Part shown: piece after piece, positions 1 to 11,184 of the stretch
How positions within the stretch are numbered: the stretch's first letter is position 1
How the letters are laid out: each line of letters opens with the position of its first letter
Assembly (NCBI GenBank): GCA_963516025.1
Contig: CAUPZU010000012.1
Coordinates: forward strand, 11,749-75,748
DNA from: Acinetobacter lwoffii
GTDB taxonomy: Bacteria > Pseudomonadota > Gammaproteobacteria > Pseudomonadales > Moraxellaceae
Direction of reading: 5' to 3'
DNA length: 64,000 nt
Translations under genes and position numbers: made by a program
The notes under the pieces: generated by a model
Databases searched by the model: none
What the model was told of the DNA's origin: nothing
Seen by the model: only the letters and a program-made list of their open reading frames with translations

Positions 1-1
1 C

Positions 2-1468
2 TCATTATTAAATAATCTCCTTTCTGGAAGCAGCCTGAGTACGACAAATCTCAGCAATTTATTAACTCAATTTTCTGGTTCGAATGCCTCAAGTTTAAAT
101 ATTCAAAGCCTGATCAGTAGCTTAACCCAATCCAATGGCGGTAGCTTTAATATTACCCAGGTCACCAACTTATTAAAGAGCTTAATGGGGAGCAATAGCA
201 GCAGCCTGGATCTTGAGGCTATTTCTAAACTGGTGGGCGGCTTATTGGGCGGCAGTACGGGCAATATTGATATTGGTAAAATTTCTCAACTGGTCGGTGG
301 CCTGATCGGCGGTTCAAGTAATATTGATATTGGTGCCATTGCGGGTCTGGTCAGCAACCTCATCGGTGGTAATGGTGATATCGATATCGCGAAAATTGCT
401 CAACTGGTTATTGGCTTAATCGGTGGTTCAAGCAATATTGATATCGGTGCGATTGCTAGTCTAGTCGGCAACCTGATCGGCGGTAATGGCGAGATTGATA
501 TCGCACAAATCGCTCAACTGGTTGGCGGCCTGATTGGTGGGCCTGGCGGCCTAGGTGGCGTGGAAATTGGTGCGATTGCAGGTCTGGTCGGCAACCTGAT
601 TGGTGGCAATGGCGAGATTGATATCGCACAAATTGCTGAATTGGTCGGTGGTCTGATCGGCGGTTCTGGCGGTTTAGGTGATATAGATATTGGAGCAATT
701 GCAGGTCTGGTGGGTGGCTTAATCGGTGGCAATGGCGAGATTGATATTGCGCAAATCGCTCAACTGGTTAGTGGCCTGATCGGCGGTTCTGGCGGATTGG
801 GCGGTGTAGATATTGGTGCCATCGCAGGTCTGGTCGGCAACCTGATTGGCGGTAATGGTGAAATTGATATCGCACAAATTGCTGAATTGGTCGGTAGTCT
901 GATCGGTGGTTCTGACGGTTTAGGTGATATAGATATTGGAGCAATTGCAGGTCTGGTGGGTGGCTTAATCGGTGGCAATGCAGGCGGTGATTTTGATCTT
1001 GGTGCTATTACCGATTTAATTAGCGGCTTTGTAGGCGGAAATGCAACAGGTGGTTTTGATGTCGGTGGCTTCACTGACTTACTGAGCGGTCTGATTGCGA
1101 ATGGTTCAAATGGCATAGATTTAGGTGGATTATTAGGCAATCTCAATCTCGGTAGCGATCTGGATCTGGGTGGTATGATCGAAGGTATTTCCTCTGCTTC
1201 AAACGGCTTTGACTTAGGCAGTATTGCCGAAGGTGTTGGTCAGTTGGTTGGTAGTGGCTCTTCGATTGAATTGCCTGACCTCGGTGATCTTGTCCAAGGT
1301 GTGGGTACGACTGATTCCAATATTGATCTGTCTGCTATCCTGCCGGGCATTAAAGATACAATTCAGAATATCGGCAGTGGCGGTTCTTCATCCGGATTTG
1401 ATTTTGGTTCACTCCTCAATAATTTTACTAAAAATATTGATATCGACCAGACTAATCCTTGGGGTTAA
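2..1468 (+). CDS. C-terminal part of a large Gly/Ile/Leu-rich tandem-repeat protein (5' end outside the window); possibly secreted or surface-associated
   Basis: The frame of track ORF 185..1468 is open back to base 2 (SLLNNLLSGSSLSTTNL...). Repeats IDIxxIAxLVxxLIGG. Followed by a terminator. Confidence 0.8.
   Translation, partial: SLLNNLLSGSSLSTTNLSNLLTQFSGSNASSLNIQSLISSLTQSNGGSFNITQVTNLLKSLMGSNSSSLDLEAISKLVGGLLGGSTGNIDIGKISQLVGGLIGGSSNIDIGAIAGLVSNLIGGNGDIDIAKIAQLVIGLIGGSSNIDIGAIASLVGNLIGGNGEIDIAQIAQLVGGLIGGPGGLGGVEIGAIAGLVGNLIGGNGEIDIAQIAELVGGLIGGSGGLGDIDIGAIAGLVGGLIGGNGEIDIAQIAQLVSGLIGGSGGLGGVDIGAIAGLVGNLIGGNGEIDIAQIAELVGSLIGGSDGLGDIDIGAIAGLVGGLIGGNAGGDFDLGAITDLISGFVGGNATGGFDVGGFTDLLSGLIANGSNGIDLGGLLGNLNLGSDLDLGGMIEGISSASNGFDLGSIAEGVGQLVGSGSSIELPDLGDLVQGVGTTDSNIDLSAILPGIKDTIQNIGSGGSSSGFDFGSLLNNFTKNIDIDQTNPWG
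374..979 (+). repeat. Intragenic tandem repeats: one 114-bp unit, then four 123-bp (41-aa) units arranged as a 246-bp A-B-A'-B' duplication
   Basis: G(D/E)IDIA unit starts at 374, 488, 611, 734, 857. Units 1/3 and 2/4 share diagnostic residues. Confidence 0.85.
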
Positions 1469-1480
1469 TCATAATCTCAT

Positions 1481-1510
1481 TAAAAAACGCGCTTCATGCG
1501 CGTTTTTTTA
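1481..1510. terminator. Bidirectional rho-independent terminator
   Basis: AAAAAACGCGC-TTCAT-GCGCGTTTTTT between convergent genes. Confidence 0.85.
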
Positions 1511-1532
1511 ATTCTTGGATTAGCATTTAAAC

Positions 1533-2297
1533 TTATACACCACGCCAGTCTACCCGTGCATTGCGTTCGGTTCGGTAAATACGGCAAATATATTCACCCA
1601 GTGGTAGCTCATTCAAATACTGCTGATAGTCGCGATATTCTTCGGACAAGGTTTCAAAATTTTCTTTTTCCCACGGCGTACCTGGAATCGCCAGAAGCGG
1701 TGCCAACATGGAACAGACTGCAATATCCGCCAGACCTAAACGATTTCCGACAAAATAATGCCCACCTTGGCTGACCAGCATCTGATTAAGCTGCTGTACA
1801 GCAACATCGATGTGTTGTTTAGATTCCGCCACGGTTTCCTCATTCAATGCATACCCCTTGGCCACCATCGCTTTCAATAAAGGTTTAGAAAATTTTTCAA
1901 ACTGGCGCAGATAGCCCTGCTCACCAATTAAAATATCCAGAGATTCATGATCAGAAGTCAGTGCTTGAGAGAGCATCCAGCGACGGACATGACGACCCAA
2001 TTCCAAAGTAATTTCATTAATTTCTAAAGCTTTATTTCGAAAATATCCTTCCGCGTGCAGTAAACGATGTTCTGGATAAGTATCATCCAGATACAGAGCA
2101 ATCTGGGTGGAATCTGCGATCCATCGATCCTGATCACGCAAAATAGGCAGACGATTCTGTCCTGTTTTCAGGCGGGCAAAAGCGCGGTGTACCCCGGGTA
2201 TCAGATTATGAGCAACATAATACAACTCTTTATGGTCCAGCATCCAACGTGCTTTTTCGCAAAAGTGAGATAAAGGAAACTGGTATAAAGTTCGCAT
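1533..2297 (-). CDS. Glutathione S-transferase family protein
   Basis: N-terminal LYQFPLSHFCEKARW, LPIL...DSTQI and C-terminal GNRLGLADIAV motifs. Confidence 0.88.
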   Translation of the reverse strand: MRTLYQFPLSHFCEKARWMLDHKELYYVAHNLIPGVHRAFARLKTGQNRLPILRDQDRWIADSTQIALYLDDTYPEHRLLHAEGYFRNKALEINEITLELGRHVRRWMLSQALTSDHESLDILIGEQGYLRQFEKFSKPLLKAMVAKGYALNEETVAESKQHIDVAVQQLNQMLVSQGGHYFVGNRLGLADIAVCSMLAPLLAIPGTPWEKENFETLSEEYRDYQQYLNELPLGEYICRIYRTERNARVDWRGV

Positions 2298-2591
2298 GTA
2301 TGCTCCATGTTTATCGTTATTGGATCAGGGCGTGTAGGCCGCTGTTTTATTCAGATACTTTAGTCACTCACTTTTAGAAAAACAATGTGATTTTTATTCA
2401 AAAGTAAAATACTGGCTGATTATTCCTCTATGGTTGGTGGACTCACTACACATCCCGGAAAGCTCAGCGAGTCATTTTAGGTCGCCAGAAGCATTTGATT
2501 GCAATAAACCACAAGCACATGACCTGACTTTAGTCATGCTTTCATGTAAAATCGGGGGCAATTTTTATATAACGCTTTTGTGAGTTATTTC

Positions 2592-3683
2592 ATGGGTTTT
2601 AATTGCGGTATTGTCGGCTTGCCGAACGTTGGTAAATCTACACTTTTCAATGCCTTAACCAAAGCTGCTATTGCTGCAGAAAACTTCCCTTTCTGTACGA
2701 TCGAACCAAACACCGGAATTGTACCTGTTCCTGATCCACGTTTAGACAAATTGACTGCAATTGTTAAACCGCAACGTGTTATTCCGACTTCTATGGAGTT
2801 TGTAGACATCGCAGGTCTGGTAGCAGGTGCTTCTAAGGGTGAAGGCTTGGGTAACCAGTTCCTGGCCAACATTCGTGAAACTGATGCAATTGCTCACGTT
2901 GTGCGTTGTTTTGAAGATGAAAACGTGATTCATGTGAATGGTCGTATTGATCCACTGGATGACATCGCTACGATTAATACCGAACTTGCGCTCGCAGACT
3001 TAGATGCTGTAGCCAAAGCAATTACGCGTTTGACTAAATCTGCTAAAGGTGGTGACAAAGAAGCGCTAGCCACTAAAGCTGTATTGGAAAAAATCCAGCC
3101 TTTACTGGATGAAGGTAAACCGGCTCGCGCAGCAGACCTAGATGATGACGAACGTAAACTGGTTCGTGGTTTTGGCTTAATGACCCTTAAACCAACCATG
3201 TATATTGCCAACGTTGCTGAAGACGGTTTTGAGAAAAACCCACATTTAGATGCAGTGAGAAAATTGGCTGCTGAAGAAAATGCGATTGTAGTTCCACTGT
3301 GCAACCAGATTGAAGCTGAAATTTCATTGCTTGAAGATGAAGACCGTGCTGAATTCCTTGAAGCAATGGGCATGGAAGAACCTGGCTTAAACGTGGTGAT
3401 TCGCGCGGGTTATTCACTGCTTGGCCTAAAAACTTACTTCACCGCGGGTGTACAAGAAGTTCGTGCCTGGACCGTAAAAGTTGGCGCAACTGCACCACAG
3501 GCAGCAGGCGTGATTCATACCGACTTTGAAAAAGGCTTTATCCGTGCAGAATGTATCGCTTATGATGATTTCGTGCAGTACAACGGCGAAGCCGGTGCGA
3601 AAGAAGCAGGCAAATGGCGTCTAGAAGGTAAAACTTACATCGTTCAGGATGGCGATGTTTTACACTTCCGTTTTAACGTTTAA
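2592..3683 (+). CDS. ychF: Redox-regulated, ribosome-binding ATPase YchF
   Basis: [46 protein letters not shown]-terminal TGS domain. ATG at 2592. Confidence 0.97.
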   Translation: MGFNCGIVGLPNVGKSTLFNALTKAAIAAENFPFCTIEPNTGIVPVPDPRLDKLTAIVKPQRVIPTSMEFVDIAGLVAGASKGEGLGNQFLANIRETDAIAHVVRCFEDENVIHVNGRIDPLDDIATINTELALADLDAVAKAITRLTKSAKGGDKEALATKAVLEKIQPLLDEGKPARAADLDDDERKLVRGFGLMTLKPTMYIANVAEDGFEKNPHLDAVRKLAAEENAIVVPLCNQIEAEISLLEDEDRAEFLEAMGMEEPGLNVVIRAGYSLLGLKTYFTAGVQEVRAWTVKVGATAPQAAGVIHTDFEKGFIRAECIAYDDFVQYNGEAGAKEAGKWRLEGKTYIVQDGDVLHFRFNV

Positions 3684-3694
3684 GTCATTGCTGT

Positions 3695-3724
3695 TAAAAA
3701 AAGCCCCTTCTTGGGGTTTTTTTA
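3695..3724 (+). terminator. Rho-independent terminator after ychF
   Basis: AAAAAAAGCCCC-TTCTT-GGGGTTTTTTT. Confidence 0.8.
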
Positions 3725-3794
3725 TTGCTTATAAAAAGAGGATTCATACGTATAACAGGCTTTCTGGAAGCGCATAAGATCAACACATATTAAC

Positions 3795-3813
3795 AATAAT
3801 GATAACTATTCTC
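3795..3813 (+). promoter_or_regulatory. Putative Fur box upstream of Mn-SOD
   Basis: AATAATGATAACTATTCTC matches GATAATGATAATCATTATC at 15/19. Fur repression of MnSOD genes is well established. Confidence 0.75.
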
Positions 3814-3893
3814 ATATATGAATATTAAATTAGAGTGTATCTTAAATCTAATGAAAAATAACCTAACTCCATTCTCCCCAAGGAATCCTGCCA

Positions 3894-4511
3894 ATGAGCT
3901 ACACCTTGCCTGTACTGCCTTATGCTTATGATGCGCTAGAGCCTCATATCGATAGCAAGACTATGGAAATTCATCATAGCAAGCATCATCAAACCTATAT
4001 CAATAATATTAATGCAGGAATAGCAGGCACTGAATGGGAAGATTTATCAGTCGAAGCCTTAATTAGCAAATTCAATGAAGTGCCCGAGCAACTCAGACAG
4101 AACGTGATGAACAATGCCGGTGGACATGCCAATCATTCCCTGTTCTGGACAGTGATGAGTCCAGACGGCGGTGGTCATCCCGAAGCTGAAATTGCCAAAG
4201 CGATCGAACATGAATTAGGAGGATTCGAGGCATTTAAAGAAGCGTTTACCCAAGCAGCGCTTAGCCGTTTTGGTAGTGGTTGGGCCTGGTTAAGTATGGC
4301 GCCAGATCAAACGCTTATTGTAGAAAGTAGCGCCAATCAGGATTCTCCGCTGATGCATCGCAATATTCCCCTTTTAGGTCTGGATGTCTGGGAACATGCC
4401 TATTATTTACAGTATCAAAACCGTCGTCCGGAATATATCTCAGCTTTTTTCAATGTCGTGAACTGGAAAGAAGTAAATCGTCGTTATCTGGAAGCGTTAA
4501 ACGCACTTTAA
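3894..4511 (+). CDS. sodA: Superoxide dismutase, probably Mn-type
   Basis: [22 protein letters not shown] (GGH, Mn-type), [15 protein letters not shown]. Confidence 0.9.
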   Translation: MSYTLPVLPYAYDALEPHIDSKTMEIHHSKHHQTYINNINAGIAGTEWEDLSVEALISKFNEVPEQLRQNVMNNAGGHANHSLFWTVMSPDGGGHPEAEIAKAIEHELGGFEAFKEAFTQAALSRFGSGWAWLSMAPDQTLIVESSANQDSPLMHRNIPLLGLDVWEHAYYLQYQNRRPEYISAFFNVVNWKEVNRRYLEALNAL

Positions 4512-4530
4512 ATCTTTGAGGAGATCTGCC

Positions 4531-4632
4531 ATGTCTACACGTATGCTGATTCAACGCATGATTGGCAGCACCCTGCTGATCTGCGGTGTCATGGTGCTTT
4601 TATTAGAACATGTGTGGATGCCCTATTTTTAA
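4531..4632 (+). CDS. 33-aa hydrophobic small protein MSTRMLIQRMIGSTLLICGVMVLLLEHVWMPYF (not in ORF track)
   Basis: GAGGAG at 4518-4523, 7 nt before ATG. Starts 19 nt after the sodA stop and before the terminator. One TM-like segment. Confidence 0.6.
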   Translation: MSTRMLIQRMIGSTLLICGVMVLLLEHVWMPYF

Positions 4633-4645
4633 AGTTTATTTTGCT

Positions 4646-4676
4646 AAAAAAGCCAGTCTAAATGACTGGCTTTTTA
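4646..4676. terminator. Bidirectional terminator
   Basis: AAAAAAGCCAGTC-TAAAT-GACTGGCTTTTTT. Confidence 0.85.
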
Positions 4677-4701
4677 TAGGTACATTTAAATGGGCAAAGG
4701 T

Positions 4702-5199
4702 TTATTGCATATTGGCAATTGCAGTACCTTTTTGCTTAGGATCGGTATTTCCGAGTGCAGGATGGGCAATGGCATTCTGACATTGCAGTTTATCCCGCTC
4801 ATAATCCGCCTGTTTTTGTTGCAGGCTGTTGCCATTTTCCATGGTCGTCCGCGCCCAGATTTCCAGACTGGTCAAAGCTTTACGACACAGAGCATATTTG
4901 CCTTCGGTCACCGAATCGGTCATTTTGACATTAATACGCCAGTCTGTACTCAATTTACGTGCTGGTTGACGTACCTGTGTTTCCAGCTGATCCACTTCTT
5001 TATTATAGACCAGTGGATCCACTTCATTGATCAGTTGCCATGCGGCATTGGCATAAGTCGTCGCATCATTAGTCAATTTAGGTGCCGGTTTAATTTCTGG
5101 CTTATCAGTCGATTGACTGTCATTCCCACACGCTTGTAACAATATTGCCGTGCTTATTAAAGCAGCAGTCAGCATCGCACGTGTCTTGAACATCCACAT
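4702..5199 (-). CDS. Hypothetical lipoprotein
   Basis: Signal peptide with lipobox LQAC; helical domain with two further Cys. Confidence 0.7.
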   Translation of the reverse strand: MWMFKTRAMLTAALISTAILLQACGNDSQSTDKPEIKPAPKLTNDATTYANAAWQLINEVDPLVYNKEVDQLETQVRQPARKLSTDWRINVKMTDSVTEGKYALCRKALTSLEIWARTTMENGNSLQQKQADYERDKLQCQNAIAHPALGNTDPKQKGTAIANMQ

Positions 5200-5302
5200 A
5201 TCAGGCTCGCCAATTTAAACATTTCGGCACTATGCTATTAAATTCACGTAGAATACACAATCTTCATTTGACCCATCGTTCAACTCTCCTTCAAGGTGTG
5301 TC

Positions 5303-6055
5303 GTGTCTGAACCGAATCAACTCGCTACGCAACCTGCTGGCTTCTGGCAAGGTGCAAAAGATAGCCAAGCGATTATCTTCACTTATTTACCAGTGTCGTT
5401 TGCTTTTGGTGTTTCAGCCACTCAGTTTGGCTTTACCGCCTGGGAAGCACTGTTCCTGTCCTGCTCGATGTATGCAGGTGCCAGCCAGTTCCTGGTGGTC
5501 GCTCTCTTAGGTAGTGGAACATCTATCTGGATGACGGCATTAACCGTGATTGCCTTAGACATTCGTCATCTGCTTTATGGCCCTGCGTTACAAAATCTGA
5601 TTCAAGACCGGCTGAATTTAAAGAAAACGGCAATCTGGTCTTGGGGTTTGACCGATGAAGTTTTTGCCTCCGGCATGATCAAGCTCTCGCAACGGCGACA
5701 GGAATGGTCAGAATCCTGGATGCTCGGTTTAAGCCTGTTTAGCTGGATGTCCTGGGCACTCGGATCTTTCCTCGGTGGATTGTTTGCCGATCAGGTCAGC
5801 AACCTGCCGCAATTCTTACAGGCTGCGCTGGATTTCTTGTTACCTGCGCTGTTCCTGAGCTTCTTGTTAGCCGCTTTTGAGAAAAAACATACTTTTGTTG
5901 TAGCTGTCACAATTCTGGTGTCTGCGATTGCCTGTTATTTTATCGACCTGTCTGCCGCGATCTTTATCGGTATAAGTTCTGGTATTTTCGCCGGCTTGTT
6001 TAAGCACTATATTTTGAAACAGCCAGATCCTGAACACGCAGGAGATCAAGCATGA
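5303..6055 (+). CDS. AzlC/YgaZ family branched-chain amino acid exporter, large subunit
   Basis: FAFGV, MYAGASQF, DIRHLLYG, GLTDEVFA motifs. Confidence 0.88.
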   Translation: MSEPNQLATQPAGFWQGAKDSQAIIFTYLPVSFAFGVSATQFGFTAWEALFLSCSMYAGASQFLVVALLGSGTSIWMTALTVIALDIRHLLYGPALQNLIQDRLNLKKTAIWSWGLTDEVFASGMIKLSQRRQEWSESWMLGLSLFSWMSWALGSFLGGLFADQVSNLPQFLQAALDFLLPALFLSFLLAAFEKKHTFVVAVTILVSAIACYFIDLSAAIFIGISSGIFAGLFKHYILKQPDPEHAGDQA

Positions 6056-6399
6056 ATCTAGAGATTATTCTGGTCGGGATTTTAGTCGGGATTGCCAATT
6101 TTGCCTCGCGCTTTGGTCCTTTTTTTGTCATTCAAAAATTTCAGCAAGGTTCGCAAAAACGCGGAGCGTTGTGGCTAAAAATTGCCTTGGGTTCAATTGG
6201 CATCGCTGCGATCAGCTCCATGTTGGTAGTTGCTACCCTGCCACCTTTATTAGAAACGCCGAATAAAAGTTTTGCGATGCTGGTTGGCTTTATTGTGCTC
6301 ACGGCTTTGTACTTTAAGTTTAAACGGATCGTGATGGCGACACTGACCGCAGCACTGACCTATGGGTTGGTTTACACCTATGTTGCAGTACCCTTTTAA
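6052..6399 (+). CDS. YgaH/AzlD-like exporter small subunit
   Basis: ATGA overlap with the AzlC gene; hydrophobic; LGSIGIAAI motif. Confidence 0.8.
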   Translation: MNLEIILVGILVGIANFASRFGPFFVIQKFQQGSQKRGALWLKIALGSIGIAAISSMLVVATLPPLLETPNKSFAMLVGFIVLTALYFKFKRIVMATLTAALTYGLVYTYVAVPF

Positions 6400-6487
6400 G
6401 CTTTAACTCGTTGATCAATTGAAACAAAGACTTATGCTAAACTCATAGTATAGGTCTTTTTTTATATAACAATAAAAACAAGGAAGG

Positions 6488-7138
6488 ATGCGCATGTTTG
6501 AAGTCAAACAGGTGATTGAAGGCAAAATCTTTATTCATCATCGGCGCGATGAAATGTTAACCGTATTCCATCGACATGAAGTGCCGGCACAATATTTTGA
6601 ATGTTTTATCAATGCTCAGAATTTTACCGGACATTTTGTTGAAGTACATGTGCAGCCGGCGGATCAAGTTCGTGTGGTTTATATTGAAAAGAATGGCACT
6701 CATCAAATTATTGCCATGCTTAATCAGAGCCAACACGTGCTGCATCTTCATCCCTTGACATTGGTCTTAGGTAAGTGGAGCTTCATACATCGTATCCTGC
6801 CGAATGCTCTAAAAATTTTTGCTAGTTTATTTGCGCTCCTTATTATTCTTTTTTCAGCTACCGCCTTTTCAGCAGATCAGTTCCAGCTCGTCGCCGTCTT
6901 GCGAGACAGCATTCAATTCACAATTTTTGGACTACTGTTATTTTTGCTGTGCTTGGTACTGCCTTTTGTATTGCCCTATGCCTATTTCCTGCATGTTCGT
7001 ACATTGCGTCTGTTAAAGATGTTGAATATCAATGCTGAACACGTTGCACAAATAGAAAAGCTCAAGTCTCAAAGCGGGATTTATCTTCTGCAAACGCAGT
7101 CTGACAGCGATGTGAAAATGACAGCGCCTCCTTATTAA
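6488..7138 (+). CDS. Hypothetical membrane protein
   Basis: AAGGAAGG RBS; two hydrophobic segments in the C-terminal half. Confidence 0.65.
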   Translation: MRMFEVKQVIEGKIFIHHRRDEMLTVFHRHEVPAQYFECFINAQNFTGHFVEVHVQPADQVRVVYIEKNGTHQIIAMLNQSQHVLHLHPLTLVLGKWSFIHRILPNALKIFASLFALLIILFSATAFSADQFQLVAVLRDSIQFTIFGLLLFLLCLVLPFVLPYAYFLHVRTLRLLKMLNINAEHVAQIEKLKSQSGIYLLQTQSDSDVKMTAPPY

Positions 7139-7262
7139 AATCTAGAAAAACTTTATAAATAAAACTGTTGGTCAATATCACAATTTTGTATGAATCTTGG
7201 CTTAACTGTCGGCTCAGTTCTGCTATGCTAAAAGTCCATAAAATCAAGCATGGATGATCCAC

Positions 7263-8468
7263 ATGAGCGTGACTATTGGTACTCCCCTTCAATCTTCTGC
7301 CTATAAAGTTCTATTATTGGGTTCTGGTGAACTGGGCAAGGAAGTGGTGATTTCACTACAACGCCTTGGAGTCGAAGTTCATGCTGCTGACCGTTATGAT
7401 CATGCCCCTGCCATGCAGGTTGCGCATTATTCCTATACCTTGAATATGGCAGATGCTGTAGAACTCAAACAACTCATCAATCAAATCCAGCCACATTTAA
7501 TTGTTCCTGAAATTGAAGCGATTGCGACCGAAGTTCTGCTTGAAATAGAAGCCCAGAACATTGCTACAGTCATTCCTTCTGCTAAAGCCGTCAATCTGAC
7601 CATGAACCGTGAAGGTATTCGTCGTCTGGCTGCGGAAGAACTCGGTCTGCCAACTTCAGCTTACCGTTTTGCCGACAGTTTAGAATCCTTCCGCGCGGCC
7701 TGTGACGATGTCGGCTATCCAAACTTTGTGAAACCGGTGATGTCATCTTCAGGCAAAGGGCAGTCTCGTGTTACCCGTTTTGATGAAGTCGATGCTGCCT
7801 GGGAATATGCGCAAACCGGTGGCCGGGTCAATCAGGGTACTGTGATTGTAGAATCACAAATTGACTTTGATTTTGAAATTACCTTATTGACTGTTCGTGC
7901 AAAAAATCCAGAAACCGGCGAAATCGAAACGTCTTATTGCGACCCGATCGGACATCGTCAGGACTCAGGTGATTATGTGGAAAGCTGGCAGCCTCAACCG
8001 ATGACTCCAGCCGCGCTGGAAGAATCCAAGCGCATTGCCAACAAGGTCACTACAGCACTTGGTGGCTGCGGAATCTTTGGAGTGGAACTCTTTGTAAAAG
8101 GCGACAAAGTATGGTTTAGTGAGGTTTCCCCACGTCCACACGATACTGGACTGGTGACTTTAGCCTCCCAATTTCAAAGTGAATTTGAGCTGCATGCACG
8201 TGCTATTTTAGGCTTGCCGGTGAATACTGCACGACATAGTGTGGCTGCCAGTGCGGTAATTTATGCTGGAGTAGATGGCCGTAATCTTTCATTTTCTGGC
8301 CTGAATCTTGCTTTAGCAGACGGCAATACCGATTTGCGCCTGTTTGGCAAACCTGAAGGTTTTAAACGTCGTCGTATGGGCGTTGCCACAGCACGTGCGG
8401 AAAACATTGAACAGGCACGTGAACTGGCCCTCCAGGTCGCCAACCAAGTTAGCGTCAACCAAAACTAA
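7263..8468 (+). CDS. purT: Formate-dependent phosphoribosylglycinamide formyltransferase
   Basis: [40 protein letters not shown]. Confidence 0.96.
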   Translation: MSVTIGTPLQSSAYKVLLLGSGELGKEVVISLQRLGVEVHAADRYDHAPAMQVAHYSYTLNMADAVELKQLINQIQPHLIVPEIEAIATEVLLEIEAQNIATVIPSAKAVNLTMNREGIRRLAAEELGLPTSAYRFADSLESFRAACDDVGYPNFVKPVMSSSGKGQSRVTRFDEVDAAWEYAQTGGRVNQGTVIVESQIDFDFEITLLTVRAKNPETGEIETSYCDPIGHRQDSGDYVESWQPQPMTPAALEESKRIANKVTTALGGCGIFGVELFVKGDKVWFSEVSPRPHDTGLVTLASQFQSEFELHARAILGLPVNTARHSVAASAVIYAGVDGRNLSFSGLNLALADGNTDLRLFGKPEGFKRRRMGVATARAENIEQARELALQVANQVSVNQN

Positions 8469-8494
8469 GCTGAAATACCAACGGACGACTGTAC

Positions 8495-11167
8495 ATGATC
8501 AACACCCATCCACTGCTGAATTACGCTAAAAGTAACCATGACATTAAAGCCATCAATCAATGGCGCAGTGATGTCGAAAATCAGCTTCAGGAAAGTTTTG
8601 AAAATGGGCAGTCGATTCGGGATATTATTCTGGCGCGTTCCAATCTGATCGATGAAGCCCTGCAGTTTCTCTGGCAGCATGCCGAACTGGCTCAAACTGA
8701 TTTGGCCCTGTTTGCTGTCGGGGGCTATGGCCGTCGTGAAATGCTGCCTTATTCTGATGTCGATATCATGATCTTGTCGGAAGACGAGATTAACCCGGAA
8801 CAGGAACAACTGATTTCTACATTTATTTCATCGCTTTGGGACGTGGGGAATTTCAAACCCGGTATCAGTGTCCGCACCATCAATGAATGTGTTAATCAGG
8901 CCAGCAGTGATCTGACCGTCGCCACCACCCTGATCGAAGCCCGCCTGATTATTGGCAATGAAAACCTGTGCAAATGGCCACGTCGTATCGTGTCACGTAC
9001 CTGGACTGACAAAACTTTTTTTGATGCCAAGATGGATGAGCAGCATAAACGCTATGCTCAGCACAACAATACCGAAAGCAATCTGGAACCGGATATTAAA
9101 AATGCGCCGGGTGGCATCCGTGATATCAACCAGATTGGCTGGATTGCCAAACGGCATTTCCGCGTCAATCGCATTTATGATCTGGTACATCTCGGTTTTA
9201 TTTCAGAATTTGAACTCGGTGTGCTTGAGGAAGCCGAAAGTTTCCTCTGGGAAATCCGTCATCACCTGCACCGCCTGACCAAGCGCGATGAAAACCGCTT
9301 ATTGTTCGATTATCAGCGTGATATTGCTGCCAAATTTGGCTATGTACGTGAAGAGGCGCATCATCCGAACTATCCAATTGAACAGTTCATGAAGCGCTAT
9401 TATCGCAGTGCACAGCAAGTGTCTACGCTGAACGAAATGCTGCTGGCCTATTTTAATGAATCGGTCATTACGCCACGTTTACCGCAATATGAACGCCAGA
9501 TCGAAGAAATCAACCAGAACTTTAAACTGGTCGATGGCAAACTGGCTGTGCAGCATCACAAGATTTTCTCGGAAAATCCAAACGCAATTCTGGAAATTTT
9601 CTATTTACTAGCCAATCGTCCTGAGATCGAAGGTATTCGTGCGCGTACTTTACGCCTGCTGACCCTAGCTGGAAAACGCATTGATCAGGATTTTCGTGAT
9701 AATCCGGTGCATCAGGCGCTATTTATGGCGATTATCCGTTCACCGCATCGACTCTACGATACTATGGTCGCGATGAAGCGTTATGGTGTGCTTGGAAATT
9801 ACATCCCGGCCTTTGGACAGATTCTGGGACTGATGCAATATGACCTGTTCCATATCTATACGGTCGATGCGCATACCTTATTGCTACTGCGGAACTTAAA
9901 CCGCTTTAAAGAACCTGAATTTGCCAAGGAATTTCCGGTGGTCAGTTCAGTGTTTCAGCGTCTGACCCGTCGTGACATCGTCTATCTGGCAGCAATTTTC
10001 CATGATATTGCTAAAGGTCGTGGCGGTGACCACAGTGAACTCGGTGCCAGCGATGCGATTAAATTCTGCCGTAGCCATGGCTTTACTGAACGCGAAAGCA
10101 ATCTGGTGGCGTGGCTGATCCAAAATCATCTGATGATGTCGGTGACTGCCCAGAAAAAAGATATTTCCGATCCGGATGTGGTCAAAGAATTCGCCGAAAA
10201 AATGGGTGACATGGAACATCTGGATTATCTGTACACCCTGACAGTCGCCGATATTAACGCCACCAATCCGAAGCTGTGGAATACCTGGCGCGCTTCGCTG
10301 ATGCGTCAACTATATACTCAGGCACGTGACGTAATCCGTTCTGGTCTGGGCCGTCCGGTTGATTATCAAATGCTGATTGAAGATACCAAATTTGCGGCCA
10401 GCGAACTTCTGGTTCAGGACTTTTCATTGGATGAAGTGGAAAAAGTCTGGCAGGAACTTGGTGATGACTATTTCCTAAAAGAAACAGCAGATGAAATTGC
10501 CTGGCATACTCGTGCCATTTTACAGCACGGCGACAATCCTGCCCCACTGGTGCTGATGCGGGCGCACCGTAAATATGCGCAGGATGCGGTACAGATCTTT
10601 ATTTATACGCAGGATCAACCCAACCTGTTTGCCACCACCGTGGCTATTCTGGATCGTATGAATCTGGATGTACAAGACGCACGGATTATTACAGCGACTA
10701 AAGCCTTCAGTCTGGATACCTATGTAGTACTGGACCGTTTTGGTACCTTATTGACCGATCCGGAACGCGAAGCCACCGTGATTGAAGCTCTAAAAGATGC
10801 CTTGAGTCATTCTGATGAATATCCGGGCCTGATGCAGCGCCGGATTCCGCGTCAATTACGTCATTTCGATATTGAAAATACAGTCGATATTAGTATCAAT
10901 CCTGCCTTGAATCAAAATATGGTCGAAATCGCTACTCTCGATCATCCTGGTTTACTTGCCAAAATCGGTGGTTTATTTATGATGCAAGGCCTGGATATCC
11001 ACTCTGCCAAAATTGCTACACTTGGCGAACGTGCCGAAGACATATTTTTTGTCACCAAAAAAGATGGCAACCCTATGACACCTGAAGAATCTGCTGAATT
11101 TGCAGCTGCACTTAAAACTGCACTGGATGAAGCCTCTCATCAGGTTTGTAGTCAACACTCACATTAA
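8495..11167 (+). CDS. glnD: [Protein-PII] uridylyltransferase/uridylyl-removing enzyme
   Basis: [37 protein letters not shown], two ACT domains. Confidence 0.96.
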   Translation: MINTHPLLNYAKSNHDIKAINQWRSDVENQLQESFENGQSIRDIILARSNLIDEALQFLWQHAELAQTDLALFAVGGYGRREMLPYSDVDIMILSEDEINPEQEQLISTFISSLWDVGNFKPGISVRTINECVNQASSDLTVATTLIEARLIIGNENLCKWPRRIVSRTWTDKTFFDAKMDEQHKRYAQHNNTESNLEPDIKNAPGGIRDINQIGWIAKRHFRVNRIYDLVHLGFISEFELGVLEEAESFLWEIRHHLHRLTKRDENRLLFDYQRDIAAKFGYVREEAHHPNYPIEQFMKRYYRSAQQVSTLNEMLLAYFNESVITPRLPQYERQIEEINQNFKLVDGKLAVQHHKIFSENPNAILEIFYLLANRPEIEGIRARTLRLLTLAGKRIDQDFRDNPVHQALFMAIIRSPHRLYDTMVAMKRYGVLGNYIPAFGQILGLMQYDLFHIYTVDAHTLLLLRNLNRFKEPEFAKEFPVVSSVFQRLTRRDIVYLAAIFHDIAKGRGGDHSELGASDAIKFCRSHGFTERESNLVAWLIQNHLMMSVTAQKKDISDPDVVKEFAEKMGDMEHLDYLYTLTVADINATNPKLWNTWRASLMRQLYTQARDVIRSGLGRPVDYQMLIEDTKFAASELLVQDFSLDEVEKVWQELGDDYFLKETADEIAWHTRAILQHGDNPAPLVLMRAHRKYAQDAVQIFIYTQDQPNLFATTVAILDRMNLDVQDARIITATKAFSLDTYVVLDRFGTLLTDPEREATVIEALKDALSHSDEYPGLMQRRIPRQLRHFDIENTVDISINPALNQNMVEIATLDHPGLLAKIGGLFMMQGLDIHSAKIATLGERAEDIFFVTKKDGNPMTPEESAEFAAALKTALDEASHQVCSQHSH

Positions 11168-11184
11168 AACGCGGTTACTTATTC

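Noticed and set aside
374..979. Tandem repeats as a possible CRISPR array
   Set aside because: In-frame coding repeats with synonymous variation, no unique spacers, and no cas genes.
456..1146. Pro/Ile-rich repetitive minus-strand ORFs
   Set aside because: Antisense shadows of the Gly-rich repeat gene.
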